NCBI GenBank assembly: GCA_964202905.1 | Contig: CAXNJO010000002.1 | Coordinates: 384,001 to 448,000 of the forward strand | DNA length: 64,000 nucleotides | Source of the DNA: Polyangiales bacterium | GTDB lineage: Bacteria > Myxococcota_A > Polyangia > Polyangiales > JADJQN01 | Reading direction: 5' to 3' | In this document: positions 10,778 to 20,245 of the stretch, piece by piece | Numbering within the stretch: the first letter of the stretch is position 1 | Layout of the letters: every line of letters starts with the position of its first letter | Notes under the pieces: generated by a model | What the model saw: only the letters and a program-made list of their open reading frames with translations | Database searches by the model: none | What the model was told of the DNA's origin: nothing | Made by a program: the position numbers and the translations under genes

Positions 10778-12259
10778 TCAGGGCGTGCAGGTCCCGGCGA
10801 ACTCGTCGTAGTTGCACGACCACGCGGGACCGAAGGGCACGGTCCCGAAGAGGTCGGGCGCGCGCGCCGTGATCGTGCCGAGCGGGTAGACCGTGCAATC
10901 GATGCCGCAGGTGCCGTTGAAGAACACGACGTCCGCGACGTACCAGTTGTCGTTCGGCGGGCCGCCACCGAACCCGCCCGACGAGCGCAGCGTCACGAAC
11001 GGGTCGCTGCCGAAGCTGCCGCGGAGCGCGCCGCCGCAGTAGATGTTGACCGTCGGGTGCGTCTCCGGTGCGCCGGAGTAGTAGTTGACCATCACGCGAT
11101 ACGGCATCCCGACGACCGGGATGTCGACGTTGATGTTCTCGGGCGCGCAGAACGCGTCGAGATCCGGGTCGGTCACCGAGCCGTCGCAGGCGCCGTCGGT
11201 GCCGTTCGTGTCGACGTCGAGGCGCGGGTTGCGACAGTAGCCGAGACCACGCCAGGTCGCGCCGCCCCCGTGGGGCGCGTCACCGCAGATCGACGCGAAA
11301 TCCGTCGTCGTGTTCGCGTGGTCGGACCAGGAGATGGCGTCGTCGGGCTGGCAGGTCGCGTAGTAGCAATCGTCGTCGTTGTACCAGTCGGTGTCCCCGC
11401 CGTTCTTCGTCCAACGGTGCAGGTGCAGGTCCATGTCCACGCCGCCCGCGGTGTCGAGCATCGTGTCCCAGTTGAGCTCGACGCGGAGGCCCGACCCCTG
11501 CACGTACACGGTCCACGCGCAGCCGGCCGGCGAGCCGTCATCGGTCGTCACCTGCACGCTCACGCGGTAGGCGCCCGAGGCGGTGAAGTAGACGCTGGTG
11601 TCGCGCGAGTTGGGATCCGCGGGCGCCGGGCACAGCTCGGCGGGCACGGAGGCCGGACACTCGATGTTCCAGCGCCAGTTCGAGCCCGTGCCCGTGTAGA
11701 CACGGCCTCCCAAGAGCGGGAAGTTCGAGAGCGGCGGGGCGTTCTCGTTGCCGGGGCAGGTGACGGCGGACGAGCAGCCGGGGAGGCCCTCGTCGGTGAT
11801 GTTGTTGCAGTCGTTGTCCGCGCCGTCGCAGAGCTCGGGGCTCGGGATGACGTCGGTGAAACACTCGCTCCAGATGAGGAACTCGGTGCACGTCTCGATG
11901 CCGTCGGCGCAGACGCCGATGTTGCGGCGATCGGGCGGGCCACCGAAGCACGGACGCGTCACGCCGGGCGCGGGGCACATGCAGCCCTCGTCGACCTGCC
12001 CGTTGCAGTTGTCGTCGAGGCCGTTGCCCTCGCCCGTGTCGCCACAGCTCTCGACCGGGCCGCAGCTCGGCACGCAGACGTTCACGGGCCCGCCGAAGTC
12101 GACGCCGCCGTCGACGAGCGGCGTGAAGCCGTCGCGCGGGCCGAGGTCGACGCCGCCGCGGCCACGGGGCGTGCCGCGCGTCGAGCAGGAGCAGCCACTG
12201 ACCGCGAAGACCGCGGCGAGCGCGAAGGCGAGCGGAAGCGAAGGGAGACGGCTGGACAT
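10778..12259 (-). CDS. Cys-rich lipoprotein with putative metal-binding (MopE-like, C.G.DNDC.G..DEG) repeats
   Basis: Lipobox-like AVSGC; GNGLDDNCNGQVDEGC and CDGADNDCNNITDEG; C-terminal VELNWD..DMDLHL...LDVD...PENIN domain. Confidence 0.75.
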   Translation of the reverse strand: MSSRLPSLPLAFALAAVFAVSGCSCSTRGTPRGRGGVDLGPRDGFTPLVDGGVDFGGPVNVCVPSCGPVESCGDTGEGNGLDDNCNGQVDEGCMCPAPGVTRPCFGGPPDRRNIGVCADGIETCTEFLIWSECFTDVIPSPELCDGADNDCNNITDEGLPGCSSAVTCPGNENAPPLSNFPLLGGRVYTGTGSNWRWNIECPASVPAELCPAPADPNSRDTSVYFTASGAYRVSVQVTTDDGSPAGCAWTVYVQGSGLRVELNWDTMLDTAGGVDMDLHLHRWTKNGGDTDWYNDDDCYYATCQPDDAISWSDHANTTTDFASICGDAPHGGGATWRGLGYCRNPRLDVDTNGTDGACDGSVTDPDLDAFCAPENINVDIPVVGMPYRVMVNYYSGAPETHPTVNIYCGGALRGSFGSDPFVTLRSSGGFGGGPPNDNWYVADVVFFNGTCGIDCTVYPLGTITARAPDLFGTVPFGPAWSCNYDEFAGTCTP

Positions 12260-12401
12260 CGGGGCACCCGGTGAGCCGCGCATCGCGCGGCGCTGGAGGA
12301 CGAGGCGACGCGGGGCCACGGACGCCGCGCGCAGGGCTCGACGACTCTCGCACGAGTGCGGCGAAGGCGTCGAGGGGGCCGCTCCCCCGCGGGCGGAGGC
12401 G

Positions 12402-14057
12402 TCAGCGCCAGAGGCGCGCGATCTCACCCGAGCGCACGAGGAGCACGAGCGCGACGAGCACGGTCGTGACGCCCGCCGCGATCGCGCCGAGGGGCGCGAG
12501 CCAGGGGGTCACGCCGAGCGCGACGAGAGCGAGCCCGGCGCCCGGCAGCAGCGACGCCGCGAGCCCGGCCCGCGCGCCGAGCAGCGCACCGAACATCCCC
12601 CGCGCGGCTAGGGCGAGGCCCCCCGCGGCGAGGGCCGTGAGCAGCGCGAGGGCCGCGAGGAGCGTCTGCGCCGCGACCCTGCCGCCGGGCGCCTTCGCGG
12701 CCGCGACCGCGAGGAGGCTCCCATCGACCGGCACCGTCATCCCGCGCACGAGCACCTGCCGCGTCTGCGCGATCGGCAGGTCCATGAGCGCCGCGTGATC
12801 GGGCCGCATGATGCGCGTGACGACACCCTCCTCGACGCCGAGCGCGACGTCCGCGGGCCCGCCGTAATACGTGAAATGCGGCTCGATCAGCATCGCGCGC
12901 TCGCCGGCGAAGCGCAGCGACAGGTCACGCAGCTCCCCGGCGCGCACGCGCATGAAGCCGCTGCGCAGGCGGTCGCGCTCGAGGCGCTGGCTCACCGTCT
13001 CGAACTCGGTCTCGTAGACGCGCAGCGACGAGAGGGGGCGCGTCTCCTCGCGGGCTTCCGAGAACGCGCCCGTCCCGACGAGCGCCATCACGACGAGCGA
13101 CGCGACGAGCGCGTACGCGAGCGGACCGAGGAGCGCGGTGGCGGCCTGCCCGCGAGTGCTGCGTGCGCGCGCCTGCGCGTCGAGGGCGCCGGTGGCCCCG
13201 CTCGCGGCGGCGATCGGCGCGACGGCCGACACGAGCGCGGCCCGCGCGATCTCCCCGACGAGCGCCCCCGACCACGCCCCCGTCTGCGCAGCGCCGGAGA
13301 ATGCGTCGCCGAGCGCACGCGCGAACACGGCGAGCGCCCGCTCCGGCCGGGCGAGCGCCGCGAGCAGCGCGACGCCACCGACGAGCAGCAGCGCGACGAG
13401 CACGACGTAGCCCGCGAACGTCCCGACGCGCCGCCCGTCCGCGAGCCCGATCGCGACGGCGAGCACGGCGGCGGCCGCCACGATCGCGCGCGCGCCCTCC
13501 GGCACGAGCCCGCGGGCCGCTTCCTCGAGCGCCTCGCCCTGTGCGCCGCCCCCCCACGCGAGCGCGGTGACACCGACGAGCCCGAGCAGCGCCCACCCGA
13601 TCGGCCGCCATCCCCCGTCGCGCACGAGCCGCGCCGCGAGCGAGCCGGGCACGCCCGCTGCCGCGGCACCCGCCGGCGCGGTACGCGCGAGGAGCGCCTC
13701 GCCGACGCGCAGCGGCGCGATGAGCAGCGCCGCGAGCCACACCCACGGCAGCACCCCCGGCCCACCGAGCGAGACGGCCGTCGCCGCGCCGAGCGCCGCG
13801 GCCGCACCGTGGGCCGCCGCGACCGAGAGCGCCGCGGCCGCCGCCGGCGGCATCGCGCCGGGCGTCTCCGCGTCCTCCGCGGCGAGCCCCTGCCAGGCCG
13901 CCTTCAGGCGGAGCACCTGCGGCAGCCCGAGCCGCAGCGTCAGCACCGCGCCCGCGAGCAGCAGCACCGGCGCGACGCCCCACAGCCACACGAGCTCCCG
14001 GACCGAATTCAGCGCGTGCAAATCCATGTGGGTCGCGGCCTTAGCAGCAGGGTGCAC
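12402..14057 (-). CDS. Alanine/glycine:cation symporter (AGCS)-like membrane protein, divergent
   Basis: About 10-11 hydrophobic segments; LTLRL..PQ and AVSLGGPGVLPWVW resemble the AGCS GGPGA.FWMW motif. Confidence 0.65.
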   Translation of the reverse strand: MHPAAKAATHMDLHALNSVRELVWLWGVAPVLLLAGAVLTLRLGLPQVLRLKAAWQGLAAEDAETPGAMPPAAAAALSVAAAHGAAAALGAATAVSLGGPGVLPWVWLAALLIAPLRVGEALLARTAPAGAAAAGVPGSLAARLVRDGGWRPIGWALLGLVGVTALAWGGGAQGEALEEAARGLVPEGARAIVAAAAVLAVAIGLADGRRVGTFAGYVVLVALLLVGGVALLAALARPERALAVFARALGDAFSGAAQTGAWSGALVGEIARAALVSAVAPIAAASGATGALDAQARARSTRGQAATALLGPLAYALVASLVVMALVGTGAFSEAREETRPLSSLRVYETEFETVSQRLERDRLRSGFMRVRAGELRDLSLRFAGERAMLIEPHFTYYGGPADVALGVEEGVVTRIMRPDHAALMDLPIAQTRQVLVRGMTVPVDGSLLAVAAAKAPGGRVAAQTLLAALALLTALAAGGLALAARGMFGALLGARAGLAASLLPGAGLALVALGVTPWLAPLGAIAAGVTTVLVALVLLVRSGEIARLWR

Positions 14058-14114
14058 CCGCCGCCAGACACCCGGGCCGCAGCGCCCCGCGGGGTCGCGT
14101 GCGCGCCGCGCGGC

Positions 14115-14531
14115 TCACGGACGCGCGTAGGGCGCGCGCTCGATCGCGACCTCGGCCGTCTGCGCGACGCCCGCGTCGGCCGCCCCCGCGCGCTCGACCG
14201 TCAGCCGCACGCGGGTGCCGACCTCCCCCCGCAGCTCCGCGACGACCTCCGCCACCGGACGCCCCGACACGGGCACGGCGTCGATCGCGACGATGCGGTC
14301 GTCCGCGCGCAGCCCCGCACGCTGCGCCGGGCCCTCGGGCACCGAGACGACGCGGAGCCCGCGCTCCGCGGACCACGCGAGCTGCGCGTGGATGCCGCCG
14401 CGCCACCCGCCACCGCAGCCCGCGAGCACGAGCACGAACGACAACCCGACCATCCGCAGCGCAGCGAGGACGTGCTGGGCCGCGGCGATGCGCGGCACCC
14501 CGGGGCGAGCGACCGCGCGCGACGGCGTCAT
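14115..14531 (-). CDS. Single PDZ-domain probable lipoprotein
   Basis: LVLAGC lipobox; GPAQRAGLRADDRIVAIDA...LRGEVGTRVRLTVER PDZ signature; ATGA overlap with upstream gene. Confidence 0.8.
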   Translation of the reverse strand: MTPSRAVARPGVPRIAAAQHVLAALRMVGLSFVLVLAGCGGGWRGGIHAQLAWSAERGLRVVSVPEGPAQRAGLRADDRIVAIDAVPVSGRPVAEVVAELRGEVGTRVRLTVERAGAADAGVAQTAEVAIERAPYARP

Positions 14532-16000
14532 CCCGCGTCCACGCCGACGTCGCCCGGACTTCCCGAATCTCCCGAATCTCCCGCATCTCCCGGCTCTCCC
14601 GCGTCGGGTGTCGCAGCGCCCGCGTCGGGACGGGACGGGCGCACCCCGGGCACGACCACGCGCACGGTCAGGCGACGCAGCACGAGTGTCCCGCCACGCA
14701 GCTCGAGCGTGAGGCGAAACGCCTGGTCGTAGTCCGCCTCGCGGACGGTCTCGTTCCGCAAGATCGCCGCGACCGCCACGCGCGTGCCGGCGCGCACATC
14801 GGTGAAGGTGTCGAGGACACCGTCACCCGCAGGGCGCCGATCGGCGCGGCCGGGCGCGGGCGCGCCGGGCGCAGGCGTCGCCTCGCGGGCCTCGACCGCG
14901 CGCACGAAGCGCAGCGGGTCGCCGACCGCCTCGCCCCACACCTCGTCGTAGGCGACCGAATCGACCAGTGACACGACGGCGTCGACCAACGCCTCCGAGA
15001 GCCCCGTGCCGTCCGCGGCGATGTCGAAGACGAGCGGGCAGCGCCCGCCGACCGCCCCCCGCGGCGCGCCGCCGAGCCCCGTCGCGCATCGGCCATCGGG
15101 GCCGGGCGGGACCGTCGCGCCGGTCGCCGTCGCGAGAGCCTCGAGGTGGGACCGCGCCGGGTCGCCGCTCGCGACGCCGATCACCGCGATGCCGTTCTCC
15201 TGCAGCGCCGTGGTCGCCTCCGCGAGGGAGTGCGCGCCCCGCACGGACCCGGCGTAATCGGCCGGCTCGTGCGTCGGCGCGTCCGTGACGTGGAGCACGA
15301 CGCGCAACGAGCCATCACGAAAGCCCACGCCCCCCTGCGAGGCGCCGCGCGCATCCCGCGACGGCGCGTACGGCGCCACCCACGGCGCGAAGCCCGCCCC
15401 GGTGGCGATCTGGTAGAGCGCCTCGGCCCCCGACTCCGCGATGTCGCCGCCGTTCCCGAGCGGCGCGTCGAGCGACGCCACCGCGCTCGCGAGTAGCGCG
15501 TTCGACGTGGTGAGCGCGCGCACCAGGGTGAACGGCCGATCGCTCGGCGCGCCGAAGGGCGGGAGCGGGACGTCCTCGAAGCGCGTCACGGCGAAGGCGA
15601 CGTCGTCCACGCGCGCGGCGAGGCGCGGCGTCACGACGGTGAGCACGTCGCGCTGCAGCGCGTCGATCTCGCCACCGAAGCTCCCCGTGGTGTCGATCGA
15701 GAACACGACGTCGAGGCGCGTGAGGTCGGCGCTGATCTCGAGGGGCACCTCGACGGCGGGCGCACCGAAGGGCAGCACGACCTCGAGATCCGCGGGCGGC
15801 AGCGCGGCCGCGTCGGCGCGTCCGCCGAGATCGGGCGGAGGTTCGACGAGGCCGGCGTCGAGCGACGCGTCGGGCGATACCGCAGCGTCCCCGCGCCGCA
15901 GGCCGAGATCGAGCCCGGGCGCCGCTGGCGGACGCCCCTCGCCGCACCCCGCGACGAGCAGGGCGAGGCCGAGCGCACCCGGTGCGAACGTCCCGCGCAT
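14528..16000 (-). CDS. von Willebrand factor A domain lipoprotein
   Basis: Lipobox LLVAGC; LDVVFSIDTTGS (MIDAS-like), GGD.AESG.EALYQ, VLHVTDA. Confidence 0.8.
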   Translation of the reverse strand: MRGTFAPGALGLALLVAGCGEGRPPAAPGLDLGLRRGDAAVSPDASLDAGLVEPPPDLGGRADAAALPPADLEVVLPFGAPAVEVPLEISADLTRLDVVFSIDTTGSFGGEIDALQRDVLTVVTPRLAARVDDVAFAVTRFEDVPLPPFGAPSDRPFTLVRALTTSNALLASAVASLDAPLGNGGDIAESGAEALYQIATGAGFAPWVAPYAPSRDARGASQGGVGFRDGSLRVVLHVTDAPTHEPADYAGSVRGAHSLAEATTALQENGIAVIGVASGDPARSHLEALATATGATVPPGPDGRCATGLGGAPRGAVGGRCPLVFDIAADGTGLSEALVDAVVSLVDSVAYDEVWGEAVGDPLRFVRAVEAREATPAPGAPAPGRADRRPAGDGVLDTFTDVRAGTRVAVAAILRNETVREADYDQAFRLTLELRGGTLVLRRLTVRVVVPGVRPSRPDAGAATPDAGEPGDAGDSGDSGSPGDVGVDAG

Positions 16001-16107
16001 CGGGGAATCCTCGCACGCGGCTCCGCGACTGGCAGCGGGATTCTCGCGCGGTCGCGCCGACGCCGCCCAAGGCCCCCCCGCCGCGGGTGTCCATCACCGC
16101 ACAACGA

Positions 16108-16135
16108 TTGACACCCCGGGTCGGGCAGGTAGCAT
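16108..16135 (+). promoter_or_regulatory. Putative sigma70 promoter TTGACA-N16-TAGCAT
   Basis: Perfect -35 and good -10, 47 nt upstream of the FHA gene ATG. Confidence 0.55.
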
Positions 16136-16182
16136 GCGGCCTCGATCCGGCCCCCCGCCACGCCACGGACCCCCAGAGCGAG

Positions 16183-17868
16183 ATGCACAAGCTCGTCATC
16201 TCCGACGACGAAGGTAAGACGACCGTCGTTCCGCTCGTCCGTGACGAAATCACGATCGGGCGCAAGGAAGGCAACACGATCCGCCTCACCGAGCGGAACG
16301 TATCGCGTCGTCACGCGCGCCTGCGGCGCTCGAACGGCGCCTACCTGATCGAGGACCTCGAGTCGTACAACGGCATCAAGGTCAACGGCCGGCGCATCGA
16401 GAAGACCCTCGAACTCAAGCCCGGCGATCAGGTCGGCATCGGCGACTACCTGATCGCCCTGCAGGACGAGTCCGCGGACGCACCGAGCGTCGCCGACGCC
16501 CCGACCGCGGCGCTCTCGCAGCCGCCCCCAAGCCCCACCACGGGCGATCCGCCCACGGCGATGATCGCCGCCCCGACCGTCCCGGGGCCGCCCGCGCGCC
16601 TCGTGATGATCTCGCCCCCCGCGCCGGGCGCTGAGTTCGCGTTTCAGCGCATGAAGACGCGCGTCGGGCGCGCCGAGGACCTCGAGGTCTGCGTCAACCA
16701 CCGCTCGATCAGCCGGGAGCACGCGGAGTTCGTGCGCGATGGCGACCGCCTTCGGCTCGTCGACCTCGGCAGCGCCAACGGCACCCGCGTCAACGGCCGC
16801 GACGTGACCGATCTCCACGTCTCCCCCGGTGACGTGATCGAGCTGGGGCAGGTGCGCTTCCGCTTCGTCGGCGAGGGCGAGGCCTATCACTTCGACGCCG
16901 CGCAGACGATGCAGGTCGACGCGCTGGTGATGCCGGCCGCCCCGCCCTCGCGGACGCCGCTCTTCCTCGGCGTCGGGATCGTCGCGGCCGCCCTCATCGG
17001 CACGGTCGCCTTCGTCGCGTTGTCGGGCGGCGACTCCGAGGGGGAGATCACCGCGACGGCCGTCCCGACCGTGGCGCCCGGTGTCCCGGTCGCCGCCGCC
17101 GCGCCCGAGGGAGCGGCCTACGCGACAGCGCTCGCGGCGTGCCGCGGTGCCCTTGGTGCCGGGCAGTTCGACGTCGCGCTCGCGCAGGCCGGGGCGGCGC
17201 TCGCGGCCCGCCCGGGCGACGCGGATGCCGCGGCGTGTCAGCGGGCAGCAGCCACGGCGCTCGAGCAGCAGACGGCGGGCGCTGCACGCGGGCTGGTCGG
17301 CCGCGCGCGGGCTGCGCTCGCGACCGACGCGGCCGAGGCCTCCCGGCTGGCCGGCGAGGTGCTCGCGATGGCGAACGCGCCCGCCGAGGCGCGCACGGAA
17401 GCCCGATCGGTCCTGGCGCCAGGCGCGCAGCCGCAGCGGAGCCTCCGCCGCGGCACGCGCGTCGCCGCGCCCGCACGCCCGCGGCGCGCCGCCGCGCGCG
17501 CGCCGGCTCCGCACCGGCGCGCTCGGCGCGCGCCGCGGCGCAGCCGCTGCGCCCGGCGCCCGGCGGCCGCAGTCCGCTGCGCCGACTGCGCCGCCACGCC
17601 GCCGAGCTGTCCCGCGCCGGCCCCCGAGGCCGGACCGAGCGATCGCCTCGAGCGCGCCCGCCAATTGATGCTCCAGGGCAACAACAACGGCGTCATCGCG
17701 CTCCTGCAGGGCGCGCGCTCGCAGCAGGAGCTCGAGCTGCTCATCGCGACCTATCAGAACGTCGGCAACACCCCGGCGAAGCTGGCCGCGATGCAACGCT
17801 ACATCGACCGCTACCCGACGACGCCGAAGGCCCGGCAGTACCAGCAGGTCCTGCTGCGCCAGCAGTAG
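16183..17868 (+). CDS. Tandem FHA-domain membrane protein with C-terminal helical/TPR-like periplasmic region
   Basis: Two FHA motifs (IGR...NVSRRHA...SYNG; VGR...SISREHA...SANGT), one TM helix; 17410-17610 reads like an off-frame segment. Confidence 0.85.
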   Translation: MHKLVISDDEGKTTVVPLVRDEITIGRKEGNTIRLTERNVSRRHARLRRSNGAYLIEDLESYNGIKVNGRRIEKTLELKPGDQVGIGDYLIALQDESADAPSVADAPTAALSQPPPSPTTGDPPTAMIAAPTVPGPPARLVMISPPAPGAEFAFQRMKTRVGRAEDLEVCVNHRSISREHAEFVRDGDRLRLVDLGSANGTRVNGRDVTDLHVSPGDVIELGQVRFRFVGEGEAYHFDAAQTMQVDALVMPAAPPSRTPLFLGVGIVAAALIGTVAFVALSGGDSEGEITATAVPTVAPGVPVAAAAPEGAAYATALAACRGALGAGQFDVALAQAGAALAARPGDADAAACQRAAATALEQQTAGAARGLVGRARAALATDAAEASRLAGEVLAMANAPAEARTEARSVLAPGAQPQRSLRRGTRVAAPARPRRAAARAPAPHRRARRAPRRSRCARRPAAAVRCADCAATPPSCPAPAPEAGPSDRLERARQLMLQGNNNGVIALLQGARSQQELELLIATYQNVGNTPAKLAAMQRYIDRYPTTPKARQYQQVLLRQQ

Positions 17869-17899
17869 CCCGGAGACGGCCCCCGCGGCGCCGCCTTCG

Positions 17900-17984
17900 C
17901 GACGCAAGCGCAGCGGTGTCGCAGTCGCAACGGCGTCGCAACTGCAACGACGTCGCAACTGCAACGACGTCGCGATCGCGACGG
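17900..17984. repeat. Five degenerate 17-bp tandem units (two perfect CGTCGCAACTGCAACGA)
   Basis: Units start at 17900, 17917, 17934, 17951 and 17968. Confidence 0.8.
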
Positions 17985-18102
17985 ACCTGCACGGCCCCCA
18001 GTCGAATTGACACCCCGCGGATGTGCGTGTTACGCGCACCGCTGCAAAGCGGCCGTGTGCGCTCGTGCGCGCCCAGGCCCACGACAGCCATCAGGAGGCG
18101 AG

Positions 18103-20121
18103 ATGTCCCGCTCGGCGGCCCGCGTTTGGGCCCTGCTCGTATGTGTGCTCGTGTCGATGTCCGCCGTGCCCGGGGTGCAGGCCCAGCTGCGCAGCGGAAC
18201 CGGCATGGACGTCCATTTGTTCCGGCCCGCCCTCGACTCGAAGGGTCTCTTCGCGGTCAACGGCACCGACATCCTCGGCGCCAACGACATCAGCTTCGGC
18301 CTGGTGCTCGACGCCGGGTTCGGACTGGTGCCCTTCGAGGGCTTCAAGAACGCGGCCTCCTGCGGCTACGACCCGTCGAGCGACACGTTCAGCGGCTCGA
18401 ACTGCGCCGACACGCGGCAGTCGCGCCTCATCGACACGTCCTTCACGGGCACGCTGCACTTCAACTACGGCATCGCCAACCTGCTCATCGTCGGCGTGCA
18501 GGTGCCGATCGTCGTGCTGAGCGGCCCGGACGTCACGGTGCCGGGTGAGTACAACACCTCGTCGTCCGCTGGCTTCACGAACGGCCTCGACGTCCAGGGC
18601 CTCGGAAACATCACGATCCACTCGAAGTTCCGCATCCTGCGCGCGGAGCGCGACGCGATCGGCCTCGCCGCGCTGCTCAACATCGAGCTCCCGACGGGCG
18701 ACTCGGGGAACTTCGCGGCGGAGCCCGGCTTCACCATCTGGCCGCAGGCGGCCCTCGAGTGGCGCCCGGTCCGCCCGCTGCGGTTCGCCTTCAACCTCGG
18801 CGCGCGCTTGCACTTCGGCGGAAACGACAACGCGCGCATCCCGATCGGCGGCCGCACCCGGCCCGTCGGCATGAACGCCGTCAACCCGGACACGACGTAC
18901 CTCTCGCCCGGCTCCGACTTCCAATACGGCCAGCTCCTCACGTTCGGCGCGGGCGCGAGCCTCCGCGTCGCGCAGCCCCTCGACCTCGTCGCCGAGGTCT
19001 ACGGCAACCAGGTGATGAGCGGCTTCGGCACCGGCGGCGCGCTCAGCGTCGAGGCCACGGGCGGCCTCAAGATCTTCGTCGAGCGCAACAGTTACCTCCT
19101 GCTCGCGGGCGGCGCGGGCTTCACCGGTGGCTGGAGCAACGCGGACATCCGCGCGATGCTCGGCTTCATCTTCGAGCCGTCGATCGGCGACCGTGACGGC
19201 GACGGCATGCGCGACGACGTCGACCAGTGCCCCGACGAGCCGGAGGACTTCGACAACTTCTCCGACGAGGACGGCTGCCCCGAGCCGGACAACGACCGCG
19301 ACGGCATCCTCGACGAGGACGACGAGTGCCCGCTCGTCCCGGAGGACCGCGACGGCGACGGCGACGAGGACGGCTGCCCCGAGGGCAACGAGGGCGACCG
19401 CGACGGCGACGGCATCCTCGACAACGTCGACGAGTGCCCGGACGACCCGGAGGACCGCGACAACTTCGAGGACGCCAACGGCTGCCCGGATCCGGACAAC
19501 GATCAGGACCAGATCCTCGACCCCGACGACCTCTGCCCGAACGACCCGGAAGATCGCGACGACTTCCAGGACCAGGATGGCTGCCCCGATCCGGACAACG
19601 ACCAGGACCGCATCCTCGATCCGCAGGACAGCTGCCCGAACGACCCGGAGACGTACAACGGTCACCAGGACGAAGACGGCTGCCCGGATCGCGGCACGGT
19701 CATCATCGAGGAAAACCAGATCGTCATCCTCGACAAGATCTACTTCGAGACGGACAGCGCCGAGATTCAGCAGCGCTCCTTCCCGATCATCGAGGCGGTC
19801 GCGGCCACGCTCGGCGGCAACCCGCAGATCCAGCTCATCGAGATCCAGGGCCACGCGGACGAGCGCTCGGCGGACGAGTACAACATCCGCCTGACGCGCG
19901 ACCGCGCGGCCTCGGTGCTCGAGGCCATCGCGCAGCGCGGTGTCGCGCGGGAGCGTCTGCGCTCCGCCGGCTACGGCGAGCGCTGCCCCGTCGATCCGCG
20001 CCACAACGACACGGCCTGGGAGGCGAACCGCCGCGTCGAGTTCAAGATCCTGCGCACCGACCAGGGCCCGACGGGCGTCGAGGTCGCGTGTCCCGCCGGT
20101 CGTGAGCTGATCCCGCAGTGA
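18103..20121 (+). CDS. OmpA-family outer-membrane protein with thrombospondin type-3 repeats (TraB-like architecture)
   Basis: AGGAGG RBS at 18093; signal peptide; barrel region; many D.D.DG..D..D.CP repeats; OmpA domain (IYFET...IEIQGHAD...N..L...RA...NRRVEF). Confidence 0.9.
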   Translation: MSRSAARVWALLVCVLVSMSAVPGVQAQLRSGTGMDVHLFRPALDSKGLFAVNGTDILGANDISFGLVLDAGFGLVPFEGFKNAASCGYDPSSDTFSGSNCADTRQSRLIDTSFTGTLHFNYGIANLLIVGVQVPIVVLSGPDVTVPGEYNTSSSAGFTNGLDVQGLGNITIHSKFRILRAERDAIGLAALLNIELPTGDSGNFAAEPGFTIWPQAALEWRPVRPLRFAFNLGARLHFGGNDNARIPIGGRTRPVGMNAVNPDTTYLSPGSDFQYGQLLTFGAGASLRVAQPLDLVAEVYGNQVMSGFGTGGALSVEATGGLKIFVERNSYLLLAGGAGFTGGWSNADIRAMLGFIFEPSIGDRDGDGMRDDVDQCPDEPEDFDNFSDEDGCPEPDNDRDGILDEDDECPLVPEDRDGDGDEDGCPEGNEGDRDGDGILDNVDECPDDPEDRDNFEDANGCPDPDNDQDQILDPDDLCPNDPEDRDDFQDQDGCPDPDNDQDRILDPQDSCPNDPETYNGHQDEDGCPDRGTVIIEENQIVILDKIYFETDSAEIQQRSFPIIEAVAATLGGNPQIQLIEIQGHADERSADEYNIRLTRDRAASVLEAIAQRGVARERLRSAGYGERCPVDPRHNDTAWEANRRVEFKILRTDQGPTGVEVACPAGRELIPQ

Positions 20122-20245
20122 GCCTCGGGCACGCGGGCCGCCCCGAGCGCCCGCACCCTCCCCCCCGGAACGCCGGCCCGTCTGACGATGGGTCGGCGTT
20201 TCGCACGTTGGCGAACCGCGTCGGCTGACGCACAATCGCCGGACC

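Noticed and set aside
17900..17984. Possible CRISPR mini-array
   Set aside because: Units are directly tandem, 17 bp, with no unique spacers
19190..19690. Strong DNA-level repetitiveness
   Set aside because: Fully explained by TSP3 (D.D.DG..D..D.CP) protein repeats in the OmpA gene
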